NCBI GenBank assembly: GCA_951406725.2
Contig: OX597825.1
Span: 36,890,001 to 36,954,000, forward strand
Direction of reading: 5' to 3'
Source: Octopus vulgaris
Lineage: Eukaryota
DNA: 64,000 bases
The translations under genes and the position numbers were made by a program. The notes under the pieces were generated by a model. It saw only the letters and a list, made by a program, of their open reading frames with translations. It did not search any database and was not told where the DNA came from. Shown here one piece after another: positions 39,865 to 55,539 of this stretch. How positions within the stretch are numbered: position 1 is the first letter of the stretch; each line of letters opens with the position of its first letter.

Positions 39865-40414
39865 CACGACGGGCGGCTACAGTTACTGTTAACCAGACAA
39901 AGGACACTTGATCAAGATGCCGCATAGTGAGACTGAACTCAAAACCCACATGGTTGCAAGGCGAGCTACTTAACTCCACATCCATGCTTGTACCTGTATG
40001 TAATATATTTTATTCCATTATGGATGGCGTTAAATCTGGATTTGTTAAGCAAAAGTTTCTTCGCATCATATTCCATTAATGGAAATTACCAAATTGAAAA
40101 ATGTCATATATTCTGTGTCAACTGAAGATTCTTCCTTCGGAGATTTGCTGTTGAAAATGTTATTCTATTACAGGAAGAATTCTCTTTGCAGACAAGTTAA
40201 AATCCTTGGATTTTAAACAAAGACAAGTAAGTAATGATTGACTTTGCTAGACCCAAAGCAATTGCTTTTAAAAGCAAAATTTCTGCAAAGATGTCTCAGA
40301 AACAGAAACTAGTGTTTATGAAAGAATTCTTTTGTGTTCAGACATTAATGAAGATTCTCGTTTGTCAGCGAATATTTACTTTTAGATCAGTTATGCAACC
40401 AAATTCCGATTTTT

Positions 40415-40825
40415 CTGCTTGTACTTGTTTCAGTCATTGGACTGCAGCCATGTTGGAGCACTATCTTGAAGAAATTTGTCGAACAAATCGACCCCAATAC
40501 TTATTTCATTAAAGGTCTGGTATTAAAGATTCGGTTTCTTTTACCGAACTTCCATGTTATGGGGCCGTAAACAAATCAACACCAGTTGTCAAGTGGATGT
40601 GGGTGTGGTCATGGGTGGGATATAAATATAAACACAAAGACACACAAAGCCACACATTTGTCCATGATACCCTTCTACACAGTTTCCTTCGACGACCAAA
40701 TTTGCTCACAAGGCTTTGGGTCGACCCGGGGCTGTAGAAGAAGATACTTGCTCAAGGCGCCGTGCAGTGGGACTGAATCCAAAATCACGTGCTTACAAAG
40801 CAAGCTTCTAAACCGCACAAGCATT
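40415..40825 (-). mobile_element. Diverged full-length SINE family A
   Basis: tacttgtttcagtcattggactgcagccatg ... caaggcgccgtgcagtgggactgaa. Confidence 0.75.
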
Positions 40826-41379
40826 GCTGACACGAACTCTTATAGGAGGAGCTTAGTAAACAACAATTTACTGTTGGAAACCTTAATTTGGTAATTTTGG
40901 TTATTTCTGCAAATTCTACATGTCAAATCAAGTTGACATGTAGAGTATTCTTAATGGTAATGTTAAGTGTATAAGTTCAAAACAGTCCGACGACGAGGAA
41001 CTAGCTTTGAATGTTAATTGCACGACAGCACTTTACATCAGGACAACACTGAATGGACATTCAGTTAAAAAAAACTGGGTACAGTTCAAATACAACTGGG
41101 TATATTTTCTATCATGTCAGCATCACTGTCATCAATTTATCATTACTCATCAAACTTATTGATTGATATTCCATTTCTTATAGTGGTTCAGAACAAGAGA
41201 TAGTTGAAACTCTACAGCCTTGTTTGACTCTAAAAATAATTAAAATAAAAACAAAAGAAAACAATAAACAAACAAGAATTCGGCTTTCTTGTAGTTCAAT
41301 AGCCTCTATTACTTTATATTAATCGATCTAGACACTGAAAAATACCTCATGTTATGTTTATGATTATTTTCCAATAAAA

Positions 41380-42110
41380 AATAGTTATAAACCTAAAGTT
41401 TGTTTATCTGGGGTACAGATAAAAATAGAATTTGTTAAGTACGTTCCGTGCAAGTACCCATAAATAGTGGTTGTAAACGAGCTTCACAATCTTGAAATAA
41501 TGGGAATTATTGCTCCATGCCAATACGAAGGTGCCAACAGTGTTCCACTCATTTATATGTAAAAGAAAGACGGCAAATTAAGAAATGTGTACTGATTACA
41601 AATTATATTTAAATGACACGATTCAAAGTTTTCCTAATCCAACTCTTCGTCTTGAAACAATGCTCCCTGATGTGAAGGAAGCAAATATCTTTCCTGAATT
41701 GGTATAAAGAATGGGTAATATCTGATTAGTTCGGATAAAGATTCTGAGAAAGTGTGTGCAATAAATACAAACAATGATCTTTACTTAGTCGATAGATTTC
41801 AGACGGCTTCATACAACGCAGCTCCATTTTCCAATATTGTATGGAGTCTATAATGAATGAAATTAATAGTATAATTATCTTCTTTGCAGCAATCCAGAGC
41901 AAACTGAAGAATCGAGAAAATGCTATTATCGCTAGACTGAAAGGAGTCAATGTATTAATTAATCCAAACAAATGCATTAATTATGCATCTTCCATAGATT
42001 TCCTAAGAATGGATATTTCAAAAGATGGGATCAAACCACTCCATAATCTAATAGACAAAATCCAACATATTAATGTTCCCATCTTAACACGCCTGGTAAA
42101 ACCAACAGTT
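41380..42110 (+). pseudogene. Highly decayed Gypsy-type RT remnant
   Basis: NELHNLEIMGIIAP, KKDGKLR..DYK (frameshifted), SIFQYCMESIM, NPNKC..IDFL..DISKDGIKP. Confidence 0.6.
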
Positions 42111-42464
42111 ATATTGATGCTTTAAGGAGAATGAAGTATGATTCAGTCTACTTTGATATTGTGTTCTTTACAAATACATAACATTCAGTAATGGGTAATG
42201 ATGATTTATATTTTGCTGATATTTAGACTGCTGAAGATAATAAAAAATAATTTTATCCCGTGCGCTATTTATGTTTGCCAATGGAATTACTGGTAAAGAT
42301 TGACCTAGAGTCGCATTTCTTAAGCTGGTAGAAATTTCACTCCCATGGGAAATTTCAAGTAGGAAGTTTGGATATTCCGCGCGGAAAAATTGATTTGAGT
42401 TGAAAATTTACTTTATTCTCATTGATTTTGTTTGATACATTTTACTGAATGTTGATTTTAAAGC

Positions 42465-42699
42465 ATTTTGCTGTATCTTGGGAGGGTCATTATGTCAATA
42501 AAACACACACACTGGTTCATCGCAAATGGTAACGAAAAGACTTTGATAAAGAAACGATTGATTGTTTAACCGGCTGATTGAACAAGCGATCGATTAGTTG
42601 GTTGATTAAATAACCAACCAACTAAATAATAAAGAAATGAAATCGAACCAGTGTGTGTTTTTATATTGGCGTAATTACTGTCCCAAGACAGAACAAAAT
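42465..42699. mobile_element. MITE-like element, TIR family B
   Basis: attttgctgtatcttgggagggtcattatgtcaataaaacacacacactggttc vs gaaccagtgtgtgtttttatattggcgtaattactgtcccaagacagaacaaaat. Confidence 0.7.
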
Positions 42700-42999
42700 T
42701 TGTTGCACCACACAAGTTTACACCAAGAAACTTGCAAACAAAGTACAAGAACGAAAGATTTCAAAGATGCTAATGTTAAATTAATATAATTCTGTTAATA
42801 AATATATTTCTCCTGTCAAATGTAGGGAGAAATCGGGTTGGTGGACTGGAGAACTGGTAAAGAGGTGAATGTTTGAGAAAAGTTTGAGCAATGTTGGTCT
42901 GGACTAGATCTCTTAGAACGGAAATCTACCAAACATTCATATGAACTGACAGAAGAGAATGTATCTTAATAGTTTGTTTATTCCTGAATGTTATCGTGC

Positions 43000-44560
43000 A
43001 AAAGTCTTTCCATGATTCATAACATACATTAGAATAAAAAGAGTTCTGCAGGAAACAACGTTTAGTGACCTTATTTTAGTAGAGATATCGAATAATTTGT
43101 TAGATCATATGAGGTACCTCTTGTCCTGACGAGTGATCCGAATCACTGCCAATGGAAAGATAACATATGCATTGAAGATACCTGCAAATGCTGAGAACGT
43201 TACAAATGGGCCAACATTAGCAGCTTCTCCACCTCCTGCAGGGTTACTGCTTCTGCTTATGATCTTTTGCAGGAAAGTTTATGACAGGTCATTATCTATT
43301 TCTCTACTAATGTTCTGTCTCCAACAAATAGGTGTGAAAGCTCAAGGACAGGGAATTTTGGTCTCGCTGATGTCCACCGCATCTATATCTAGTCACCCGA
43401 GGGTATTGAGCAGGTATCTCTGATTCCAAGGCGAGCCCATTTACACTGCCTATTCTGAGTTAGGCAGTGTTTGACTGAAGGGGGAAAATGAAGAAGACCT
43501 ACTTACATCAATTATGTGCGCTTAGTTGTGGTTGTTTCCTCAATCAGTTCTTCGTAAATTTTCCTATTGATATTCCCTCTGAAGTCTCCTAAATCTGTGG
43601 GAATATTTGTTTATATGATAATGTACATTTTGTGTTGCTTGGATGATTTTTGTGGGTTGGTATGCCATTTGAGGTGCAGAAAACGTTCTGAGTAATGTCA
43701 GTGTGTTGACGGATGTGTTTCATTCTTTGTTATTTGTAATTTAGTTTATAAAGTTTCTTTGCTGTTGTTGTCCTTTATTTAGGCGCATATTGAATTTTGA
43801 TGGTGTTTGGGATGCTGGTTGTATTTGTGGTAGGGATGATAGTGATAGAACTATTGTTGTTGTTGTTATTGAAGATGCTTTTGGTGAGTTGTAGTTGGAA
43901 GGTATTTATTCGAACCGATTAAACCTTCTTTCTTGTTTTGATGACTGAGAGCCTTGAGATAGTAAGTGCTATCACACAAGCGACCCCTTAGCTTTCCAGC
44001 CGTTTAAACCACCCAGGATTTTTTGGTATGTTTGTTTCTTTTTCTTTTCCATTTTTTTATTTGTTACTTTACTTATTTGTTCCCTTCCTCGTCGTCTTCA
44101 CCACACATGCCTGAGGGGTCCAAAACAAGCAGTTACTGAGGGTCACTGTCTTTTGTTCTATTGTTCTTTGTAGGTCTTTCAGTTATTGTGCTGCTTTTGG
44201 TGATGTAGTGGCTCCTGAGGGCGGTGTTTCTTTTGTTGTTTTTGTTACTGTTACGTCCACTTTTAGTGTTGTTTTTGTTATTGTTGTTACTCCTACAGTT
44301 GCTGATATTGTATTTGCTGCTTTCGTATTATTGCTTTTAATGTTGTGGTTACTATCATGGCCAAGGTAGATTGGTATGAGTACCAGTTCTTCACTCTTCA
44401 GTGTTGTTGTGGAGTGCTTTTGGGCCTCATACTCTATCGGAAATCTCACATCTGATGAGTTGTATTTCTTCCAAAAGAGAGTATGATTTTTGTGTCCCAG
44501 ATTGTTCTGAGGCACCAGTCTATATGTTGCTGTATCGTTACTCTATTTTTCGATTTTTTT
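43000..44560 (-). pseudogene. Old LINE remnant, possibly Tx1-like ORF1 plus start of ORF2
   Basis: Thr/Lys-rich low-complexity ORF remnants resembling 57600-58800; motif recognition weak. Confidence 0.35.
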
Positions 44561-45163
44561 ATTTCCTTTGGTTTCTTGCTGGATGGATTCTGATAGATTT
44601 AAACATGATTTATTGGCCATATCTCGCAAGAATGTTTTTTGCTTTTTTTAAATTTTGAGATCATATATTAAACGGTTCCAGCCTGGCGCATAGCGCCGAC
44701 GAACCCTTCAACGCTAGAATTGCTTCTCTTAGTGTCAGTATTTTTTTTACTGTAGTGATACTTTTCTAGTGGTCACAGTAAAGGTGAACTTTAAGTTATG
44801 TTGAAGCCACAGTTTAACTTGCCGTTTTATTGTTTTCATTCTCATTTTTGTTGTCAGTGTTTTCATTTTCATTGCTATTATTGTTGCTATTATTTCATTG
44901 CTATGGTTTCGTTCGGCACTGGTTGTGGTGCTTTGTTCTAACGTGTGGAAGGCAACATCAACACAATTTTTCCAATTGTAATTTCACACTCCTGAGACTT
45001 CGCTGAACGATACAACGCCATGTTTCAATTTAAAAAATAAATAGAAATGAGCGAATTTCACGGAAATAAATCACAAATTCCGCGCCGAAGGATGTAAACA
45101 GAATGGAGTCAAGAGTCTTCCAGAATCACTCCTATGTAATACACTGGGCAAAAACTTTAAACA

Positions 45164-45790
45164 TTATCTCTTACCAAAGATCTTTAAGCTTTCCATACGC
45201 AACAACTGATTCAACTTTTCTCCATTTTTCAATGTGTACCCTGATGTCTCTTTCCGTACTGTCTTTGTGAGGAGGATCATAAAATTCACGAACAGCAATG
45301 GTGACAGACAATCTTCTTGGAATATCCCTCTCCTGATATTAACCTCAGCCAAAATTTTCCACATGATGTTTCAACTTTATATTCCAGTTCTTAATCGATT
45401 TCCTCATAAGATTTAAAATGTTAGCAGACACTTGTACTAACTCGGGATTTTCTGAACTCCAGGAATGGGGTACCATATCATAAAGTTTCTTATAATTGAT
45501 CGATACCACACCCTGATGAGTATCTCTTTTCTTACAATCATCTATCAGAAGTTGATATTTTGTCTCCCGGTTTTGACTCTTGCATCTCTTCTATTCCACT
45601 GGCAACTTGTCATTCATTTCAAGGAAGTCAAACATACAATTAGATATTATTCCTGTTATCAACTTCCACACCAATCTAATGACCTCATATTGTTCAATTC
45701 TTTGATCATATCTCTTAATTTTTGTAGCTTTAGTCTGCAGTCTTTCTTTCAGATCTTCAAAGACTACATTTAATCTCTTTTTTCTTGATC
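45164..45790 (-). pseudogene. RT remnant of a second R4/Dong-like family
   Basis: ID.YKK.YDMVPHSW, VNIRRGIFQEDCLSPLLF, GYTLKNGEKLNQLLRMESLKIFGK, similar to the 2188-5037 RT. Confidence 0.8.
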
Positions 45791-45845
45791 CTATATCTAT
45801 GTTGTTGTTGTTGTTGATGCTGCTGCTGTTGCTATTATTAAAGTT

Positions 45846-45921
<76 letters not shown>

Positions 45922-46754
45922 ACATCATCATCATCATTATCATCATCAACATCATCATCATCGTCATCGTCATCGTCATCATCATCATCATCACCATCAT
46001 TACCATTATCATCATCACTATCATCACCCTCCTCCTCCGCCTCCCATCACCATTATACACATGCACACTAAACAAAAGGGGGCGGATAAAACGTGCTTAC
46101 AGTTTCCAACTCAAAATAAATTTATTTCGTTAGTTGCTTGGATGATGTTGGAAACCACTATTTACAATGATAACAGATGCTTAAAGAATTGAATTTAATC
46201 ATAAACTTACTGATGTAGACTTTTGTAAATATGGTAAACAAAGAACTGTTCGCAGTATATTTTCACAGCAAGACTAAAGCTATGATTATTAAAGATTTTG
46301 TATACACGTATGCATTTATTCCAAATAACGTAAATATTTCTCAACCCTCAAGCTGCAGCATGGAAAAGGCTATACATCAGTATTACTTTGTTAATATTTT
46401 TTTATAAGGAGAACTATTCGTCACAATAAATCGCAGAGAGCTGACGTAAGCGGCCCCAATGATCTTAAGAAAATACAACATCGGCTGAAGATTCAGTGGA
46501 TTCTTCAGAGAATATTTGCAACATATGACAAAATATACGTTTATTAAATGTATATGGTTTTATATATTATGAATCTGTATACGTAAGTACGTATGTACGT
46601 ACGTATGTATGTATGTATGTATGTATGTATGTATGTATGTATGTATGTATGTATGTATGTATGTATGTATGTATGTATGTATGTATGTATGTATGTATGT
46701 ACCAGCCAGTATGTGTGCTTGAATCTATATGCATATATATGCGTTATCTGTCTT

Positions 46755-47089
<335 letters not shown>

Positions 47090-47175
47090 GTATGTCTGCC
47101 TGTCTGCCTGTCTGTATGTCTGTCTGCCTGCCTATCTGTCTGTCTGCCTGCCTGCCTGCCTGTCTACCTGCTTAC

Positions 47176-47277
<102 letters not shown>

Positions 47278-49186
47278 GTTTGTCTGTCTGTGTATTTAAA
47301 TGCATGTCTGTACACAATCACTCATCCACATGCCACAAGTCTCGTCCAGTTTTATATAAAACATAACAACACAAAAAAGGTAACAATACACTAGAATATT
47401 TAGCACTTCGACATTTTATCTATATAGAACAGAACTGAACAGCTCAGAAAAATCCGGTCAAAGAAACGTATAGGAAAATCTATATTTAATGCAGACAGTG
47501 GCTCTGCTTCTGCAACCCTAATCCGCGACTTTCTTACTTCAGCCGGCATCACATATGAGTTAGTTGCAATTGATGATAATCCCTGAAAGTACAACGTAAT
47601 ATTGATTGAACGAATCGTGTTACGAATTAGTCGAAATGAATGAAAAAAATTGTTTACTGATCTCTTTGTTAAGACAAAAAATATCTATATAAAACTCAAC
47701 CGCGTGATAAAGAACGCGGCACAAAAGTATTTGATATAAGGTTTATATACGTGTTTAACGCAACATATACCATACCAGCTAATCTGCGACAGAATGTCAG
47801 AGACAGCGCAATAAACAGGAAAGAGTAAACGGAGATATTTAGAGTTACTATATTAATCTACACGATAGCTACAGAATAAAGTCAAACAGCTAAGAAAATT
47901 CACATCAAACAAATAAGCTTAAATTTCTATTCAACGTTGAGACATCCTATTTCTGCAAACCGAACTCGTAACTGATGTCGTCATAGAAATATATATATTT
48001 ATATTTTCATATCGTATTTGCATATGTCTAAATGTTCACACATATTTACATATATATTATCATATGTAAAGACTTACAGACACACACACATACATGCAGA
48101 TACGCGTACACATACACACATACAGCGCAATTTACCATTTCACATTTTTTTTGATAAGCACATGTTTCCTTATAGAAAAGAAATTACATTTTGTACGTGA
48201 ACCTATTTCTTAAAAAATATGCTTCATGCCTCTCACACATGCACACACATACGCACAAACACACACGTTAGATGTATGTCTATGTGCATGCATATATGGG
48301 CATATATATATGTCTACATTCATGTGAGTATGTAAGTATATGTATTGCGTATATATATATATATATACAGACAGACACATTATGCTATATAGATACAAAT
48401 GTATTACGCAGAAGCATATTATATACGTACACACATGTATATATATATACACACACACATATATATGTATATTATGCTGCATAGATACAAATTTATTATG
48501 TAGAAGAATATATATCATATTTAAATATGTATGTTTATGTATATTTATATATGTGTATAAATGCTTTAATATATATATGTATTCATTAAATTATATATAT
48601 ATATATATATATATTATTTATTTACACACATAAATACATATGAAAAATGAATATATGCATACTGTATGTATAAATATATAAGTATGCATATATCTATCTA
48701 TATATATAATTGTGTGCATGTGTGAGTATCTACACATACACACACACACGTACATAAACGCTTAGGCGAACACATTGATATAATAAGAATACGGGTTGCG
48801 TATTTAGAATAAATGGAGAGAAAGTTATATTTCTTTTAACATTCTATACACATAGAAATTCCAGAGATTAGATAGAATTATTAATATTCTATACCAGGTG
48901 GAATGTACAACAATGATGTATTGATATTTTTCTCATTTCTCTGCTTCTCTCTCTCTCTTTCTCTCTCTCTTTCTTTGTCTTTATCCATAGAAATATATGA
49001 TATATAAGCGTACGTGTGCCCATATCTACAAATACACACGCGCACGCATATACACACACATATGTAGATTGTGTATGTATGTATATGCATGTATATATGT
49101 ATATATATTACACACAAACTCATTGATATTTGTGTGTGTGTTTGTTTGTGTATGTGTGCATGTGCGTAATTTTCTACTTTATTCAA

Positions 49187-49223
<37 letters not shown>

Positions 49224-49268
49224 CATATACATACACCCACACACATATACATATATATATATGTACAC

Positions 49269-49321
49269 ATTGTTATATTTCGGGACGGTCATTTGTTTTC
49301 TTGCCAAATAAACACACGCAC

Positions 49322-49353
<32 letters not shown>

Positions 49354-49534
49354 TTTAACTTGTTTATTATTGTTCTTATTTGATGTCAATTGTGTGGAAA
49401 TCGTTTGCCACACATCTGTAACCTCTTCAGTGACCCTCCATCCCACGTGACTTCTGCTCTGTTTAGCCCATTCTGCCATTCTACTTATTGTGTGTATCCT
49501 TATCTGTGCATGCGTTTGCGTGTGCATTTGTGTG

Positions 49535-49568
<34 letters not shown>

Positions 49569-49636
49569 AAGAACGAATCTATAGTGCGTGTGTTTATCAG
49601 GCAAGAAAACAAATGACCATCCCGAAATATAACAAT
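49269..49636. mobile_element. MITE-like element with ~57-bp TIRs (family B)
   Basis: 49269-49325 and 49580-49636 are near-perfect inverted repeats. Confidence 0.8.
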
Positions 49637-50411
49637 ATCTGTTTAAACACAATTTCCCATCAGGAATCTTGCAAAACAATTACACCCCACCATACACACA
49701 CACGTACACGCACAGATGTACGTACACCTGCACACACACACACATATACATATATTGGTGATACGAATGCCCATACATACATACGTGTACATATGCATGC
49801 ATACATATAAGCAAATACACATCAATACAAACATGTATGTTCATAAAACCTGCCTCACATTAAAACGCGTCTCTCGAGAGGTCCAAACGACGGAAACAAG
49901 TTCAAAGTTTTAACACTCTTATCAAACATCAACCCTAACTTTCCACTGTACGCCTTCCATTCTATTTCTAGTCTTTAACTATCAGTTATCTTCCTTAGAT
50001 TTAGCACTACTCATTATTGGTGCTAATAATTTCTCTGCAGCAAAGTTAAATGTTAGTCTTCACTTAATTATAAGTAAATATATATATATATACATATTAG
50101 TAGTTATCGCCAAGCTAATATGGCACTCCAGAAATATAGGACGAATACTGCCGTTGAATAGTTCCAAGGGGCCCTCGCCTCTATATGTGACACACGAACC
50201 TGTGTCCATTATAACCTTCGAACAGGGGAGGTCAGCCGCTTCCCCTTGCTTGTCAGGCATCTACTGACTAGTTTCAAAGTATTTGCCCCTTATCAATGCA
50301 GAGCAGCCGAACCCAGCAGGCGTCGCAACTAACCGTCTGTTCGAAGGATTATTTACCTAAATTCAGTGGAATACATCCACTGGTTTTCAAAAGTAGAAAT
50401 ATTAATATTTC

Positions 50412-50491
<80 letters not shown>

Positions 50492-50542
50492 TAATAAATA
50501 AATAAAATATATGCATATATACATGCATATATGTACGTACCT

Positions 50543-50633
<91 letters not shown>

Positions 50634-50916
50634 TGGTAGGAATTATAACCGTCGTAGGCTATCTATATGGAAACCAATATCAATTTTAAAATATTGTATA
50701 TGGTTCCTTTGCTTTCCAGTATTTTTCTGAGTTAGAAAAATATTGAGTTAAGTTAATATTGGGTGAGTCGATGGAATAGTTAAAGCATCGGACAAAATGC
50801 TCAGTGGTAGCTCTTCTGGTTCTTTACATTCTTGGTTTTTGAATTCCAACCGTGGTCAACTTTTCTTCAAGAATGACAAACTGCTTTCCTTTAAAATTGC
50901 TGGCTTTGTACTTTGT

Positions 50917-51116
50917 TATAAGGAGGAGTCGAAAAGTTCCTTTCTTTGAGTGAAATAAAATACAGGAGGATCAGTTAGTTATGATTTTATTCAACGTATT
51001 CCCTTCTCAGATTTACACACTTGCAGCAGTCCTTCAGGTTTTCTAAGCCCTGTAAAAGAACTCGGGAACTCGGAAGGTTGAGCCTTAAAGCCAGGAACTT
51101 TTCAGTATCCCTCGTA
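50917..51116. mobile_element. Mariner-type MITE (uninterrupted relative of 29049-29676)
   Basis: ggaggatcagttagttatgattttattcaac...ttttcagtatccctcgta. Confidence 0.72.
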
Positions 51117-54100
51117 ATGTTGTTTAGCCTCAGGTCAGCTCAATTATAAACATGTGGAATTGTGACCAAAGATATTTCAGTTTTACGCATCTTTTTTCTT
51201 TTTTGCGTGTCCAGCACTGTTTTATTCAATGTGCAATGCAATCTTTTCTTAACTGGCAGAGTGTGAACTGAAGTAGTGATCGGTGAGATTTGACTTCTGT
51301 GTCCAGCAGTTTGAGTAACCTAGTAAAGGCTCGCCTATTGCTGCTGACTTAAGTTGTTGTTTACCTCTGAATTAGCTCTATAGTCAAAAGGCATTCTAGT
51401 CGTGTCCTTAACGCCTTCAAATTTGTGTTAAATCGGCAGTTTGTGATTCAGCTGTTATTTCTAGCAGGTAGACGGTGATTTTTTAATTTGGTTTCTGTTA
51501 TTGTTTTTGTGTTTAACCTCAGTAGACCTATAGTAAATGATGCTCCAGTGATGAACTTCTGTCTATTTCTGTGTCATAGTGTAGATAGTCTTTCCTTTTG
51601 TAAGCTGATTGGTTTTGATTTGAGGGATTTAGTTGCTATGAACAACAAGTTGAATGACTGTGTGTTGGTGTTGAATCCTACGTTGCTATTGTCTTTCTTT
51701 CCTTTCAACTGGCAGGTCTGTCTGAATTCTTGAAGAAACGGTCAAATGAGAATTGTAAATGTTGGCACCACTACCAAGAGAATTATTAATTTTTTGTTAT
51801 TACCAGTAGAAAATATTATGTTAACCTTTATATTGTGCTTGACTTCTATGTTTAAACTACCGTAGCATTGCATCTTTCGCTCTTCCTATCTTCCAAATTC
51901 TGTCATTTGGGATATTAGACTATATACAAAGTAGACAATGTCGTTATCTATAATAAAGTTTCTACTAGACCTAACTCGTGGAAGATTTAATCCGGCACAA
52001 TTTAATACCCGCTTTTGGTCTTTAGATAGCTTCAGTGGAGTTTACTCTATTGCAAGCTTCATCACATAAGAACGGCAATAATAATATAAAATCTGTTTTT
52101 AAATGTCTCATTCCAGATTGCACATGTATAGCAGATGATGTTGATGCCACTATTGCAGAGTTTTTCATTATCATTCAGGCAACAAATTACGCGCCAGCAA
52201 AATTTGAGCCAGTGAAATGCCCTGAGGTATTACATATTGAATTTAACGAGGATTCGAATTTATATCCAGATTGAAAGACTTAGTTTCTTCAACAAAGGTC
52301 ACTGGCACCGACAAAGTTATCTATCTATGGATTGTGGTGATGAACAATTACGTAAAGATTTAAGGCATGTTGTGAAGCAGTACAGAGAAAGTACTTACAA
52401 CAATCAAAGTTCTAGTAGTCAAGAAAACCCAATGGCTACTCATGCTACAATCCACTATGTACCCCAAGATCAAGATGATACTATCCGTTATTGTCTTAGT
52501 TTGCATACAGATTCAAGCCAGTATTTTCATATACCAACTACTCTGAGGTAGTTATCCGGGAGGTTTTATGTTGTGGCTTACATAATCATGAAACACTTCA
52601 GCTAGAAAGCATAAGGTATAGAAACCAACATATGTCTTTAAAACAAGTATTTCAATTTATTCAGGCAAAAGAAACTTTAGCAGTTACAATATTAGGTTGA
52701 GTGTTAATATAAAGAACCATGATCAAGTACTCTTTCATAAATCAGATATCTTCTCTTACTTTAGTAAGAAGGGTTGCGAAAGTCACTCTGTTGCGAAAGT
52801 GAGAACTGATCAATGTCCAATCAATAAACATATGTCCGCGTTTTTTAACTCTTAACTAAAAGGTGAAGAAGGAATGTTACCTAAACAAAGGAAATCAGCA
52901 AAATAAACTGCAAGCGCTATTTGTAATTCTTTATGTACACCAGTCTATTATCATAAAGATTATTTTCGATCAATTGCCATTGATTATCATTTAAACTTCA
53001 ACACACAAACATTTAGATATAGTGACTTTCAAAATCTCAGTCATGCATAAAAGTCACTGTAACAACAAATCGTCGAATCTTTGAATTCTTTGAACTTGGT
53101 CAAGGCATTAACCATAAACCTAAAGCAGCAGTTATTCCTGCTATCTTTGACACTAGTAGTTATTTATCTAATGTTAAAGGAATCTATATACTTGGTTTAC
53201 AAAAATCACTTCAGTCTTTTGAAGATGAAAACGCATGCAGCAAATCAGAAAGGCATCTTAATACTTATGCTTTCTGAGAGAAAAACGGTAGAAACTTGTC
53301 AGGTCACTTATGTCACTAATACCATCAATGCCATGTTCACCAGTGAAATAAGCATTGATCAAGGAATAATCTCAAAATATTTTTTATTGGGGGTTGTTTC
53401 GATGCTGTTACTGCGATAACCAATAGCCAGGAAATTAACAAAGAAGCAGACATTGTACACATCACAACACTAAACGTTCCCAACCACCGTTTTTATCGCA
53501 AAGACTGCCTTTTCAGAGAAGAAAAACTATAGAGGAAATGATATGGAGCAGCTGGTTATGGTTGTGGGAAAATGAAACACGAAAAATGAACACGAAATCC
53601 AACTTCAGGGTAAACTGATCAGGGACAACCCTCGAATACCTGATATTAAAAACACCGGCAGGCCTTCTGAAAATACCCGACGTCGTTTCCTTCAAGGAAT
53701 GAAATTCAGAATTATGTAGTGATGGAGGGCAGAAGGCACAATTACTACACTGTGGAACACAAACCGCTTGGGCGCTCTTTGCCTTGCGATGAAGTATGCA
53801 ACGCCTCCTTTTGCAATAAGAACCTATGACACAAAAGCAGCAATAGGGGCTATTAAAATAGTGGAAACAGCATCACCACGATCGGTAGCAGCTGCAAAAA
53901 CGACAACTGCAGCAGCGACTTCAACCACAGCAGAGACTGACTACACCTGCTCCACTATCAATGAAAAGGGACGTCGAATGAGAACCCTGCCCCTAAACAA
54001 GATGAAGTCAAACACAGATTATACAAACAAGCAACCAAGTGTGTCTTCCGATATGATCGCAAGTTTCTTTAATCCTCTCGCAGATATTTTCCATACATCC

Positions 54101-54435
54101 ATCAATTTCACAAACTCTTTAATATAAGTAATATCAAAATTAGCTATAGTTGTACTTGAAGTCTATGGTCATTTGAAGCGATGATAGAGCCACCTGTTTC
54201 AGTACGTAGACTAGTTTCTGTTAAATATTTATTTATAGCCTTCTTCTTTTCATATTTATATTAGATTTATTGGAAGCTAGATCTTGTACGGGTTTATCTT
54301 GCAGGCTTGTCTTCAGTTAGATCGTAAATTGTGTTGGCTTCCGGCTATCTGTTATCTGTGTTCGAATACTCAACAACAATGACATCGACAACAACAAAAT
54401 AAAACAGGAGTATACCGTATGCTGCTACACACACA

Positions 54436-54469
<34 letters not shown>

Positions 54470-54725
54470 CCCACACGTATATATATGTATATATGTATGT
54501 ATATATGTGTGTGTGTGTGTATACACACATATGTATAAATTCATTTAAACATATACATACACACATACATATATATACTTATATATGCATGCATACATTA
54601 ATACTCTTATACGCGAACACACGGACAAACACACACACGCGTGCACACGTACATACGTATATGTATATTATTTAGGAAAACGATAAAGAATCCTTTAAAC
54701 GTGTTGTAGATTATGATAATGATGC

Positions 54726-54796
<71 letters not shown>

Positions 54797-54827
54797 TATA
54801 CTCAAATAATAAATAAAATATACATCG

Positions 54828-55035
54828 GCGCAAGCGCAGGTGTAGCTGCATCGTTAGAAGTTTACTTCCCAATCACATCGGTTTGGATTCAGTTCCACTA
54901 CGTACCACTTGACGCAAGTATCTTCTACTACAGCTCCCAGCCAATCGAGGTATTCGAAGTGGATTCGGTAAACGAAAACCAAAAGAAGCTCTTCATGCAC
55001 ACACACATATATATATATATATGTGTATGTGTGTG

Positions 55036-55090
<55 letters not shown>

Positions 55091-55305
55091 GTGCGTGTGT
55101 GTGTGTTTATATGTGTGTACCTTTGTGTTTGCACACCACAACCACTTTACAGACATTCACATAACCTGGCCGTTCGGCAAAAGCTACCGATAGAATAAGC
55201 ATAAGACTTAAGTACTGGAGACGATTTGCTCGACTAAAACCTTTCGAGGCGGTGGCCTGGTATGGCTGCAGTTCAATGACTGAAACAAGTCAAAGAGAAA
55301 AGATA
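54828..55305 (+). mobile_element. Diverged SINE family A with internal (TG)n
   Basis: Head ggattcagttccactacgtaccacttgacgcaagtatcttctact; tail gttcggcaaaag.taccgatagaataag...aatgactgaaacaagt. Confidence 0.7.
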
Positions 55306-55539
55306 AAGAAGATACCCGACATCATAGCAATACAAAAGCACCCCCACCAAAAAAAAAAAAAAAACCAAGAATGTAAACAAAAAGTAGAAACAGATTTTAT
55401 TTGGTTCCAACTTCGCTTCGGTTCATATCTGTTTAAATGTGTTTTGCCAGATAACTGCAAGCCTCCGTCATCCTATATAGAGATGTTATCCATACATCCA
55501 CCCATAGAAATTTTAATGTATATAACTCTTTCTTCTATA

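Noticed and set aside
43126-43150. Hammerhead at CTGACGA-gtgat ccga atcac
   Set aside because: Hairpin is not followed by GAAA
47400-47594. Possible host exon on the minus strand after tactttcag
   Set aside because: Acceptor-like site only; peptide unrecognisable and no partner exons found
52000-54130. Short ORFs possibly from an LTR gag or LINE ORF1
   Set aside because: Too decayed to assign a family from sequence alone
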